A DNA stretch of 64,000 bases from a virus (taxonomy: Duplodnaviria > Heunggongvirae > Uroviricota > Caudoviricetes): IMG/VR virus record IMGVR_UViG_3300028888_000044, positions 1 to 64,000 of that record; one strand, 5' to 3'. The position numbers and the translations under genes are program-made. The notes below the pieces were generated by a model. The model saw only the letters and a program-made list of their open reading frames with translations. It searched no databases and was not told the DNA's origin. Of this stretch, positions 10,425-19,649 are shown piece after piece; positions within the stretch are counted from its first letter, which is position 1, and each line of letters starts with the position of its first letter.

Positions 10425-11703
10425 TGTTCCAAACATATTTTAAAAGACCGCAATCCCATATTTTCTTTGCTCCTATTTTTGAAGCCATCTCTTTTTCTGT
10501 TAGATGAATATCTAATCCATATTTTTTGCTTAATATTTTTTTTCTAAAACCAAATTTATGAAATCGTTTTATTGTTCCGTCCATATAGTATTTATAATCT
10601 GGTTTTAATATACTTTCAAGTTTAAAACCTAAAATTGTGTAAAGATTATTGGTTAAAGAAGAAGTCCATCGTCTGTCAGCAAATGATTTAACTGATAATG
10701 GTTGATATTTTTTTATAAAATATGAAAATAATTTACCTCCAATACCAATTGATAGATAATTTATATCAGTGGCAAATCTTGTCAATTCCCAATTATTGTT
10801 TTTATCTTTAGTAAATGTCATTACACCATATAAATTTTCTTTATTAAAAGCTCCTAAATATAGTGTTGATTTACATTTACCTTGTATATGGTTGTTTTCT
10901 AGAAAATTAGAAGCTGTTTCGTAATTTATTTCATGAACAGTGCATAATCTACCAAATATTTTAGGTAAATCATAATCAAAACCTAACAAATGCTTTAATT
11001 TGGATTTAACAATGTCTTTGTGTAATATATATTCATCTTCAAATATTTGAATCAATTTTATGTTTTTATGCTCACAAGCTTCGGTTTTCATTAAATGATA
11101 ATTCTTATTCTTGTTACTGTGCCAAAACAAACCATTAAATTCTATACCTATTTGTAACCTTGGAATATATATATCTATTTCATTTCCATTAAGTAATGTT
11201 CTATCATTTAATAAGACTATCTCGTCTTGACCCAATAAGCTTATTATATAATCGGCAATTTCTTCTTCTGGTTTAGATTTGCTTGCATAACAATGAGAGC
11301 AGCCACCATTTGGTGAAGTTATATGGTCACATGCAATCTTAACAAATGTTTGACCACATTTTTTACATTTGATTGTTATTTTTGAATGACTGTTCTCATA
11401 TTCTGTTTCGATATTAGGAAATTCATAAATATCACCGAATCTTTCATACGAAGACTTGATAAAAACGTTATAATTATACTTGTTCCACTCTTTGGCATAT
11501 CTTTTACCACATTCTGGGCATCCTTGACCTTTCATGTGATTTTTTGGGGTTTGATAAAAAGACCCATGAATTGGGCAGATAATCTTCACTTTTGTCCTTT
11601 GATTTCTATATTCAGATTCTGAATAATCGTATTTACAATTATGAATTTCATTTGAACGTTTGATGAAAATTTCCTTGTTTAATCTATATAAATCACGTTT
11701 CAT
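10411..11703 (-). CDS. Free-standing homing endonuclease, Hef-like: Zn-ribbon, Vsr/DUF559-type nuclease and GNAT-like C-domain
   Basis: CPIHGSFYQTP..H..GQGCPEC; EIDIYIP..IGIEFNGLFWHS; C-terminal NHIQG..WELTRFA..SFADRRW..IWDCG; overlaps both polB halves. Confidence 0.8.
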   Translation of the reverse strand: MKRDLYRLNKEIFIKRSNEIHNCKYDYSESEYRNQRTKVKIICPIHGSFYQTPKNHMKGQGCPECGKRYAKEWNKYNYNVFIKSSYERFGDIYEFPNIETEYENSHSKITIKCKKCGQTFVKIACDHITSPNGGCSHCYASKSKPEEEIADYIISLLGQDEIVLLNDRTLLNGNEIDIYIPRLQIGIEFNGLFWHSNKNKNYHLMKTEACEHKNIKLIQIFEDEYILHKDIVKSKLKHLLGFDYDLPKIFGRLCTVHEINYETASNFLENNHIQGKCKSTLYLGAFNKENLYGVMTFTKDKNNNWELTRFATDINYLSIGIGGKLFSYFIKKYQPLSVKSFADRRWTSSLTNNLYTILGFKLESILKPDYKYYMDGTIKRFHKFGFRKKILSKKYGLDIHLTEKEMASKIGAKKIWDCGLLKYVWNNESN

Positions 11704-14153
11704 TTATCAAATGATAATATTTTATTATTTAAATATTGGATTTGAGCCATTGCAACCTTTGTTTTTGGTTCAACCTTAATTAATGATAATAAATATTTGG
11801 TTTTATCAATATCCATATTTAATAATTTATAATCAAATCTATCAAACTTTCCGTTATTAAACATATTAGCAGATAATTTAATAAATTTATCATCCACAAA
11901 TATAATATTACCTTTTATTTCATTTGAATAATATTCAAGCCGTGTTTCATTATTTATGCTTGAAGGTTTTATCTCTTTTCGGTCTGAATCATATAACGAA
12001 TGGTCTTCTGTAACTTCAACACAAGTATCTTCATCTTTGACTTGATAAATATCTTTTGTTGTATAATGCCTATATATGTAATTTACATCGCTCCATCCAC
12101 TTCTACATAAAACGTAATAATCCTTTTTACTAGTATCATATTGTCGGTTCAATATGTCTGTTTGTATTTCATTTTCATTAATCAATTCTGATATTTCCTT
12201 AATATCTATTAAGCCGTTTTGTTTATATTTAATAAACAACGGTGTATCACCAACAAAACTATCTCCAACGATTGGCTCATACCCAATACTCTTGAAATGA
12301 GAAATCATCAATCTCAAGCATTGTCTGCCAATACAAGTTACCATTTCTGCTGCTTGTGTATTTCCGAATGGGAACAAAGAAGGTGCGCCAAAAGAACCAA
12401 AAACGCTATTGCCCAATACTTTAAGTGGGCTTTGTTTTTTATCGTTTGCGTTCTTAATAATCTTCTGCTTATGTATTTCACCATTTATTTGATATATTTC
12501 CTCGTTGGTGAGATTTTCTTCTTTAAGTCTTTTCTTCAATTCCTCAATCTTGCTACCAGCTTCTGCTTTCAATCCCTTGTAATGCTCTCTATATGTAAGA
12601 ACGTAGTTGAGCATATTAAGCATTGAATCATTTCCGTCAAGTACATTGTGTATCCACCATGTAAGCATTATTGAAGGATAAAGTGAATTAAAGTCAAGCT
12701 TTACGATTCTGTCAACATATCCTACTTTTAAGAGTCTTGATAATCCACCAGTGAATGATTTTGAAACACCAAATGATGGAACTGCCATACCGTTTTCATA
12801 GCACCAAGCAAGCATAATCAGTTTCCAAATACTTGCAGTACCCATTGTACAAGCCCTTTGGAATGTTGTAGGAATCATTTTTGAGATTAGGAAGTTTGCC
12901 TCATTCAAAGTCAGCTCTACCTTATCAGTTTCCCATAAGTCATCTAACAAATATCGTTTGACAATGTATTTTCCGTCAGTTTCAACAAAACCTTCTTCTA
13001 ATGGTTTTGTTTTACCTATTTGATACCATTCACCGTTTTTGTCGTTGAATGCATATTTATTGACTTTATCATCCCATATGGTACTGATTTTTTTACCCTT
13101 GATATATACACGATTCTCCTTTTTCAAACCAAGATATTGTGTCACATATTTCAAGTTTGCCTTTTTAATGTCTGAATCGGTTGCTTGTGCTCGTCTTACG
13201 GCATGCATTGAGTCGAGAACGGTTGTACCCCACATTTTTGTTTGATGGAAATATTCAACCTCTCCACCCAATTTCAGTACACTTTCTCTTTTCTCCTTAT
13301 ATATTTCATGGGTAAAATACCTTAAAGTCATTTCTTGAAATGTTTCTGCACCAAAATCATCCCATCTAACAATAATAAAATTCCAGTCAAAATTTTCTGA
13401 ATTATGACCAGCTATTTCATCGGGTTTCTCGTCTCTAATAATACGGATAAATGTCTCTATCGCAATATGTTCAGCAATTTCTCTTTCTTCTTTTGTATCT
13501 CCGTCAACTTCAATAACAGTTTCAAACCCTTTGTTTGTTCTTACTCCGATGTGGGTAATCATATCCTTTTTTGGGTCCAAACCAGTTGTTTCAATATCCC
13601 AAACGAGTCTTTTTGTTTCGTCATATCCTTCATACCCTTTGAACAGTCTGATTCCACTTTCAATCATAAACTGTTCTACAACACTTACAGATAAGAATTC
13701 CTTCTCACTGTTTGTTATAGCTTTTCCATCCTTCTTCTTCTTTGGGGATAATGGAGTACCTGCTTCAAAGAAGAATTGTTGGAATCTTACCCAAGACATT
13801 TTCTTTGTAGCATAAAACATATAGTTATACCCATTTGTTACTCTTTCATCTTTGGAATTTTCGCTTTTATCTACTGTTAATGGTGTAACACGTATTCCGT
13901 ATTTGTTAAGCGCCTTTATAATTTCACGTCTATTTCCACCAAACATTCGGACACAAGCGCTTTTCTTTGCCCATACGAACGGTTTGAAATCTATCAGTTT
14001 GTATCTTTTTGTACCGTCTTTTTTATTGAATATGACTGCCGCTTGCTCGTCTTCATATCCACATTCTATATTTACAACCATTTCCATTGGATTGAACCCT
14101 TGTAGGAAATCGTTGACCTTTGAGCTAATATCTGCTGAAAACATAGGATTCAA
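11700..14153 (-). CDS. polB: Family B DNA polymerase N-terminal part, fused to a split intein N-fragment
   Basis: ExoI WDIETTG, ExoII GHNSENFD, motif A LDFNSLYPS, motif B KVLGNSVFG, then PIVGD followed by intein sequence. Confidence 0.9.
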   Translation of the reverse strand: MNPMFSADISSKVNDFLQGFNPMEMVVNIECGYEDEQAAVIFNKKDGTKRYKLIDFKPFVWAKKSACVRMFGGNRREIIKALNKYGIRVTPLTVDKSENSKDERVTNGYNYMFYATKKMSWVRFQQFFFEAGTPLSPKKKKDGKAITNSEKEFLSVSVVEQFMIESGIRLFKGYEGYDETKRLVWDIETTGLDPKKDMITHIGVRTNKGFETVIEVDGDTKEEREIAEHIAIETFIRIIRDEKPDEIAGHNSENFDWNFIIVRWDDFGAETFQEMTLRYFTHEIYKEKRESVLKLGGEVEYFHQTKMWGTTVLDSMHAVRRAQATDSDIKKANLKYVTQYLGLKKENRVYIKGKKISTIWDDKVNKYAFNDKNGEWYQIGKTKPLEEGFVETDGKYIVKRYLLDDLWETDKVELTLNEANFLISKMIPTTFQRACTMGTASIWKLIMLAWCYENGMAVPSFGVSKSFTGGLSRLLKVGYVDRIVKLDFNSLYPSIMLTWWIHNVLDGNDSMLNMLNYVLTYREHYKGLKAEAGSKIEELKKRLKEENLTNEEIYQINGEIHKQKIIKNANDKKQSPLKVLGNSVFGSFGAPSLFPFGNTQAAEMVTCIGRQCLRLMISHFKSIGYEPIVGDSFVGDTPLFIKYKQNGLIDIKEISELINENEIQTDILNRQYDTSKKDYYVLCRSGWSDVNYIYRHYTTKDIYQVKDEDTCVEVTEDHSLYDSDRKEIKPSSINNETRLEYYSNEIKGNIIFVDDKFIKLSANMFNNGKFDRFDYKLLNMDIDKTKYLLSLIKVEPKTKVAMAQIQYLNNKILSFDK
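11703..12260 (-). mobile_element. Split intein N-fragment (IntN, 186 aa, Ser1)
   Basis: Block A SFVGDTPL starts right after GD; block B VTEDHSL (TxxH); ends at a stop with no block G. Confidence 0.85.
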
Positions 14154-14248
14154 TATTTTATTGGAAATATATAAATTTTTTTTCTAAAAAGGAAATTAAC
14201 ATTTATTAATATACAAAAAAACGGTTTGAGTTAATTCAAACCGTTTTA

Positions 14249-14722
14249 CTAATTCAATTCATCTAAATCTATTAATTGTTTTGGTTCGACCCTTAAGCAC
14301 CATAAGCCATATATGATTGTTATAATACTAATGCCAAGAAGCAAAAATGCAATGTCAAACCACCATAAAGCTTCGAAGAATACATTTAATTGAAAAACAG
14401 AATCATTCCTTAGGCAACGTTTAAAAAATATTTTTTTTTGATAATCATGCCCTAATTGATAATGTAAATAATCAGATTTATTTGCGTGAATTGTTACTTT
14501 TGGCAAAAATTTGACAGTATCATTTGGAATGACAGTAAAGCAATATATTGTATCGGAATCAACGACATCAATATGTTTTTCAGCTATTTTTCCTTGAACA
14601 GATTTGTCGATTGTTGATTTACATATAAGTACTCCAAACAAAGATACTATTGATATGGCAACAAATAGTATTCCAACAATAAAATATAAAACACCAAAAT
14701 CGCTTTTTTCCATATTAATCAA
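14249..14722 (-). CDS. Hypothetical membrane protein (2 TM)
   Basis: Hydrophobic segments at the N- and C-termini. Confidence 0.65.
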   Translation of the reverse strand: MINMEKSDFGVLYFIVGILFVAISIVSLFGVLICKSTIDKSVQGKIAEKHIDVVDSDTIYCFTVIPNDTVKFLPKVTIHANKSDYLHYQLGHDYQKKIFFKRCLRNDSVFQLNVFFEALWWFDIAFLLLGISIITIIYGLWCLRVEPKQLIDLDELN

Positions 14723-14790
14723 TTAAAATAATTCTTTAATGATTATATGAAAAGAAATTATAATAAAGAAAGGTAAAATGTTAAAAATAA

Positions 14791-15450
14791 TTAATGTCTG
14801 AATCTGTTCATCTTCATTTTTGATGTGATTGGTGCTTGTGCTGAATCAGCCATTGCTCCCAAATCTGAAGCTACTTGATTACCATCTTGAGAATAGTATT
14901 TATCCTTTTCATCATATGCTTGTTTGTCTAATGTGTTTGCATTGTCATTATGGCCTCTTTTTCTCATCTGTCTTGCCAAATATCCCTTTTCTGCTGGCGA
15001 GAATGTATCCAAAATCTCATTGACAGAGTTTTCTATCATTGTTATCAAAGCGCTTTCTGTAAGTCTTATTTTTTTCATACCGTATGTTTTGTTATTTGCG
15101 TTAATTTCGTAGATGCAATCATCTAAATTTATTTCCTCTGGATTCTGTATGTCATTTACAACCTCGTCTCCCAAATAGTCCGCTACAAGTTTCTGTACTG
15201 TATTGTACGTATAATGAAGAGGAATTGGTTCTCCATCGGCTGTTTCTGCATAATCCTTGTCAATGTTATATTTGAAACCGTCTATTGTTATTGTTCTGCT
15301 TTCGTTGTCATATTGGTAATTACCATCTTTCAATTGTAATGCCAATTGCTTTCTGAATTCGGCTGCTGATTTTTTCCTTTCAGCATCCATTTTCATTGAT
15401 TCAACGAATATCTTGTTTTTTGCGGTTTCGCTAATAATTATTTTTTTCAT
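14791..15450 (-). CDS. Hypothetical late protein with MKKIIISE and MKKIRLTES motifs (candidate internal head protein)
   Basis: Two copies of the shared leader motif; TATTTATA upstream on the - strand. Confidence 0.6.
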   Translation of the reverse strand: MKKIIISETAKNKIFVESMKMDAERKKSAAEFRKQLALQLKDGNYQYDNESRTITIDGFKYNIDKDYAETADGEPIPLHYTYNTVQKLVADYLGDEVVNDIQNPEEINLDDCIYEINANNKTYGMKKIRLTESALITMIENSVNEILDTFSPAEKGYLARQMRKRGHNDNANTLDKQAYDEKDKYYSQDGNQVASDLGAMADSAQAPITSKMKMNRFRH

Positions 15451-15594
15451 AAGTTATCTGTTTTTTTACATAACTATATTAAAATAGTATACTATTACTT
15501 AATATAAATATACTATTTATAAGAAAAAAACACATAGAATTTATTGAAAAGCCATTAAGAAATAAAGGCAAATAATTAAATATCACTTACTTTT

Positions 15595-16410
15595 TTATTG
15601 TTTTAAAATATCTATTATATCATTTACATTATGAAAACATTTATCACCTAAAAAAGTGTCTTGTTTTTCTTTTGTGAAATATAAAAGTTGAATATTGTTG
15701 TCTTTACAAAATTGTTGTTTTATAATATCATTTTTATGTTGCGAATCAAATCCTTGTTTACCGCCCAAACCATTGATAATTTCTAAATGTCTATTTTTAA
15801 GATTTGAATCTACTATAAATTCATTCACTTTTTTTTTATGTTTTTCACGAGCACAAAATGGACAACCCTTTTGCAATACTATGTGTTCATGAGGTGTTTT
15901 TGTAAAAATTCCGTGTTCTTTACAAATAATTTGAATTTTATCATTTGGTGAAGAGTCTTTAACTAAACTATAATCATATAAATCACCAAATATTTTAACT
16001 GCTTCTGAAATTATCATATTTTTTGTTCTAAAATTATCAGAACATTTTGGGCAACCTTGCTTTTGATTAATGTGCGAATAGGCAATTTTTTCAAAATCAC
16101 CATGTTTTTTACAAGTAATTATTACTTTATCTGTAGAATTATTACATATACTTTTATCATATGTAAAATTATCGCCAAAAATTTCTTTAGACCATTTTAT
16201 AAAATTTTTGGTTGTAAATTTTTTATTTTTAGTCCTAATTTTACCATTATAAACATCTTGCGGTAACGCTTCAATATATTCATTTGTATATGTATCAAAT
16301 AAAATAACTTTAGTTCGATTGTTTATGTATATTGTTTTATCGAAAGTAAATCTATCACCATATTTTTCAACACAACGTTTTTCAAATGTTTCTTGCGTGG
16401 TTTTTCTCAT
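15595..16410 (-). CDS. Zn-ribbon endonuclease paralogue with the catalytic core apparently missing
   Basis: CKKHGDF..GCPKC and CKEHGIF..GCPFC repeats and a DIIKQQFC..NNIQLLYF tail, but no DFY..IE..G..H segment. Confidence 0.65.
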   Translation of the reverse strand: MRKTTQETFEKRCVEKYGDRFTFDKTIYINNRTKVILFDTYTNEYIEALPQDVYNGKIRTKNKKFTTKNFIKWSKEIFGDNFTYDKSICNNSTDKVIITCKKHGDFEKIAYSHINQKQGCPKCSDNFRTKNMIISEAVKIFGDLYDYSLVKDSSPNDKIQIICKEHGIFTKTPHEHIVLQKGCPFCAREKHKKKVNEFIVDSNLKNRHLEIINGLGGKQGFDSQHKNDIIKQQFCKDNNIQLLYFTKEKQDTFLGDKCFHNVNDIIDILKQ

Positions 16411-16481
16411 AGAAAATCTATTTATATATAAATATATTATTTATAATAATAACAGAATTTTATATAAAAAATAATTACAAA

Positions 16482-16859
16482 ATGACTTTTTATATTAGAA
16501 AAAATAGCATATTACCCCAAATACGGATGGAGTTAATTGAAGATGGTCGCAACGATTTTTGGAAATTCCATGACTGTGTACAGAATGCCGATATAACATT
16601 CTCTATGAAGAATATGAATACTGGTCTATACAAGATATTGAATGCTCCTTGCTACGTGAAGCTCAAGGAAAACAATGGATGTACGGAACAATATGTAATT
16701 TGCTATGACTGGAAACAAAGGGACACAAAGGAAAGTGGTGTGTACGAAGGTACGTTTGACATTACCTTTGCTGATGATATAAAGTCTGATGTTACAACTT
16801 ATCCAAGCGGTCTGCAACGTATGCCAATAAGAGAGAAATTAATGATTAATATAGACTAA
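16482..16859 (+). CDS. Virion protein, BppU N-domain-like
   Basis: ITFSM..YDW...DT..SGVYEGTFDITF pattern; lies just before the neck gene. Confidence 0.45.
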   Translation: MTFYIRKNSILPQIRMELIEDGRNDFWKFHDCVQNADITFSMKNMNTGLYKILNAPCYVKLKENNGCTEQYVICYDWKQRDTKESGVYEGTFDITFADDIKSDVTTYPSGLQRMPIREKLMINID

Positions 16860-16860
16860 T

Positions 16861-17019
16861 ATGGAAAAAATTAGAGATTACGAATTGGATAAGGATGAGC
16901 AGATGATTGGTGGTGAACCAAATGGTACACCAACCTATTTCCATGTCAATGAATCATTAATAAATGAAATCATAAAGGATGAAATAGAGTCTATGATATT
17001 AGAAATGAAAAATGACTAA
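16861..17019 (+). CDS. Small hypothetical protein (52 aa)
   Basis: Manually translated ATG..TAA between late genes; contains VNESLINEIIK. Confidence 0.45.
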   Translation: MEKIRDYELDKDEQMIGGEPNGTPTYFHVNESLINEIIKDEIESMILEMKND

Positions 17020-17062
17020 AACACTCTACCTATAACTGATTATATTAAATAATTTATAAAAA

Positions 17063-18211
17063 ATGGTAATAACAAATGAATTAAGGGATTTGTTTAAGAT
17101 AGTAAGGACAAAATTAGGTGCACCAATCAGACAAGTACAATTGACTGATGACCAATTATGTGACTTGTTGGAAATATGTGTTGGAGATTATGCTGAAAAG
17201 GTTCAAAACTGGATAATTGAGCAGAATTGGCTCAATCTTTACGGTAAGAATTCATTCTTGCAGAATCCCCAAGACCTTGCATTCGCATTGACCACAAGAA
17301 CAATGGATTTTTCAAGGGATTTCAGCTATTGGTTCTCTCGTGAAGTTGGGCTGCAACAGAGAGGTTCTTATGAGCTTAAAAAGGATTTCTTTAGGGTTGA
17401 AAGAGGAAAACAATGTTATTTAATACCCGCTGGACGTGAAATAAATCGAGTAATGTATGTTACCCCATCCACTACAAAAGCAGCTTTGTATGGTAATTTA
17501 GGCACTCTAGATACTGGTATTGGTGGAGGCTTTGGCCAATATGGTAATATGGGTAATGGAATGGGTATTACTGGCTTCTATGTTGGTTCTGCTTATGACA
17601 CAGTATTGCTTGCATCGGACTTGAAGTTCAAGAATTCGTTGTTGAGAGGTGATTTGTGTTATAAAGTAACTGCTGGTCCAGATGGTACTCATATAATTCA
17701 CTTGCTATCAACTCCAGGTTCACCAAATATGATGGGTGGAATTGCCTCTGATGATTCTTGGGGTTGGAACAAATTTGCCAACTGTATTGTTTGGTATACA
17801 TATTACGATACATCTCAAGGCAATGGGGATTCTTTGACTTGTGCATTGGAAAACAAGGATGATATACTTATTACACCAGACCAAATACCTTTGAACAAGA
17901 TGAGGTTTGAGTTGATGAACGAACCAACGCAAAACACGATACGTCAGCTATTGGTTGCTGAAGCAATGATTACTCTTGGTATAATACGAGGTACAAATAG
18001 TGGTGTTATTAAGATACCAGATGCAGAACTTCAACTTGACTACAATATGTTGCTTGATTTGGGTAAAGCAGAAAAGGAGAGGGTATATACTGACTTGAAG
18101 GAAAGACTTGAAAGAATGCTTCCTTGGAATATGATTAAGAATATGAACGATATGACAAATCAGACAATAGAAATATTGAAGGCAAAACCGTTAGGATTAT
18201 ATGTAATATAA
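17063..18211 (+). CDS. Neck/head-completion protein, T4 gp13-like
   Basis: N-terminal KLGAPIRQVQLTDDQL..L and C-terminal LG.IRG..G..IP...LQLDY..L...G..E match the gp13 architecture. Confidence 0.7.
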   Translation: MVITNELRDLFKIVRTKLGAPIRQVQLTDDQLCDLLEICVGDYAEKVQNWIIEQNWLNLYGKNSFLQNPQDLAFALTTRTMDFSRDFSYWFSREVGLQQRGSYELKKDFFRVERGKQCYLIPAGREINRVMYVTPSTTKAALYGNLGTLDTGIGGGFGQYGNMGNGMGITGFYVGSAYDTVLLASDLKFKNSLLRGDLCYKVTAGPDGTHIIHLLSTPGSPNMMGGIASDDSWGWNKFANCIVWYTYYDTSQGNGDSLTCALENKDDILITPDQIPLNKMRFELMNEPTQNTIRQLLVAEAMITLGIIRGTNSGVIKIPDAELQLDYNMLLDLGKAEKERVYTDLKERLERMLPWNMIKNMNDMTNQTIEILKAKPLGLYVI

Positions 18212-18386
18212 AAAAAGAGTCGGTGAGTAATTTCATCGACTCTTTTTTGTATGCTTTTCTATCATACTTCTTTTTGCTCTTGTGAACAACAGACGGTCTC
18301 AAGCTGAGCAATTTCCCATATTGTTCAATTTCAGCTTTACGTCTTGCATCTTCTTCAAAATTGAAATTTTTTGTCTTGCGTTTCAT
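18135..18386 (-). CDS. Small basic protein, candidate ArfA/BrfA-like ribosome rescue factor
   Basis: LRPSVVHKSKKKYDRK core; the frame continues through the terminator at 18211-18248 without a stop. Confidence 0.5.
   Translation of the reverse strand: MKRKTKNFNFEEDARRKAEIEQYGKLLSLRPSVVHKSKKKYDRKAYKKESMKLLTDSFFILHIILTVLPSIFLLSDLSYRSYS
18211..18248. terminator. Bidirectional intrinsic terminator inside the small basic ORF
   Basis: aaaaaagagtcggtga...tcatcgactctttttt. Confidence 0.8.
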
Positions 18387-18469
18387 ATATTTAATATTTT
18401 TTAGATTTTGCAAAATCTATGCATTTTTAAGCAAACACGCAAATTTATAATTATAAAAAATGTTAAAAA

Positions 18470-19342
18470 TTACATAAAAAATTTCAAATCCTCAATCATT
18501 AATGGGTTTGTGACAATTTCCACGCTACCATCAGCATAATAAACTCTGAAAATACAGTTATTGAAAGGTTCTAATCTATCAAATATTTTCTCTTTCGTGA
18601 AGAATTTTGCATCATAAGTAAATTCACACTTGTTAATGAACATCATATCAAACAAAGACAAATCCTCGTTTGATGACAAGAATTTTTCCTTGAAGTTTTC
18701 ATCAGTATTTATCTTGTTTATTGTTTGTACTCTATTCAGCATTGATGTAACAAATCCGTTTTCCATAAACGTTTCCCACTTGAATTTCAGTCGTTCAAGA
18801 TTGTTGTCGTTTATGATGATATTGTCGAAACTCTGCCATCTTAATGTGGTTTCTGATTCGTGATTTGATATATCAGATAAATATGGTCTTACAACGAAAA
18901 ACATTATGCCGTTATTAGCTTCTATCATATATTTCTCGTTTTCGAATCTGACATCATCAAACACATAATTCTTTTTGGGGTCTATTCTTTCAAGCAATTT
19001 GTTAACGTGCCAATCACAGTTATAGTTTCTGATAATATCAGTCCCTATAAACTGCATTATCTCTCTTGTATTGTGAAATGTTTTATTGTTAAGTTTATCA
19101 CTTATTATTTCTATCGGTATTTCGGTTCTTTTAGAAATTAGTTGCTGTTTCTGTTCGTCAAATTTAACTTCAAAATCAGACCGTTTCATATTGTTGACTT
19201 CATCAACAGTTGTCTCAAATAATTCGGCTATCAATTCCTTTAATGGCATTGCGAAATACATACGTTCGTAACCAAATCTTTCACATATGTGTGCCAATTC
19301 TGTCTTTCCATTCCTAATTCTACCAGAAAATCCGATAATCAT
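18470..19342 (-). CDS. Deoxynucleoside monophosphate kinase (T4 gp1-like)
   Basis: IIGFSGRIRNGKT P-loop, FAMPLKE, REIMQFIGTD, DDVRFENE, HESE. Confidence 0.85.
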   Translation of the reverse strand: MIIGFSGRIRNGKTELAHICERFGYERMYFAMPLKELIAELFETTVDEVNNMKRSDFEVKFDEQKQQLISKRTEIPIEIISDKLNNKTFHNTREIMQFIGTDIIRNYNCDWHVNKLLERIDPKKNYVFDDVRFENEKYMIEANNGIMFFVVRPYLSDISNHESETTLRWQSFDNIIINDNNLERLKFKWETFMENGFVTSMLNRVQTINKINTDENFKEKFLSSNEDLSLFDMMFINKCEFTYDAKFFTKEKIFDRLEPFNNCIFRVYYADGSVEIVTNPLMIEDLKFFM

Positions 19343-19641
19343 TTCTTATCAACATTTTGCACATTTAGTTTGTCTATAAGTTCGTTGAACTTATCTTTTG
19401 TCATATATCCAACTTCCTTGTGAAGGATATTATCATTTTCATCCAAGAAAAATACTGTTGGAATGCTTCTTACATTATTGTGTTCAATGAAATCAAAATC
19501 CTCTCCACGAGCATTATCAACATTAATTTCCTTGAAATCTATTGTATCATTATGTTCATTTTCAACCTCTAAAAAAATTGGTTCCAAAGCCTTACACGGA
19601 GCACACCATCCAGCTCCACACTTAATAATCTTTTTAATCAT
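19339..19641 (-). CDS. trxA: Thioredoxin
   Basis: WCAPCK active site and VRSIPT cis-Pro loop. Confidence 0.9.
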   Translation of the reverse strand: MIKKIIKCGAGWCAPCKALEPIFLEVENEHNDTIDFKEINVDNARGEDFDFIEHNNVRSIPTVFFLDENDNILHKEVGYMTKDKFNELIDKLNVQNVDKK

Positions 19642-19649
19642 AATTTAAT

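Noticed and set aside
10411-11703. Group I intron carrying the endonuclease within polB
   Set aside because: The flanks are protein-coding intein blocks that overlap the endonuclease ORF, leaving no room for a ribozyme core.
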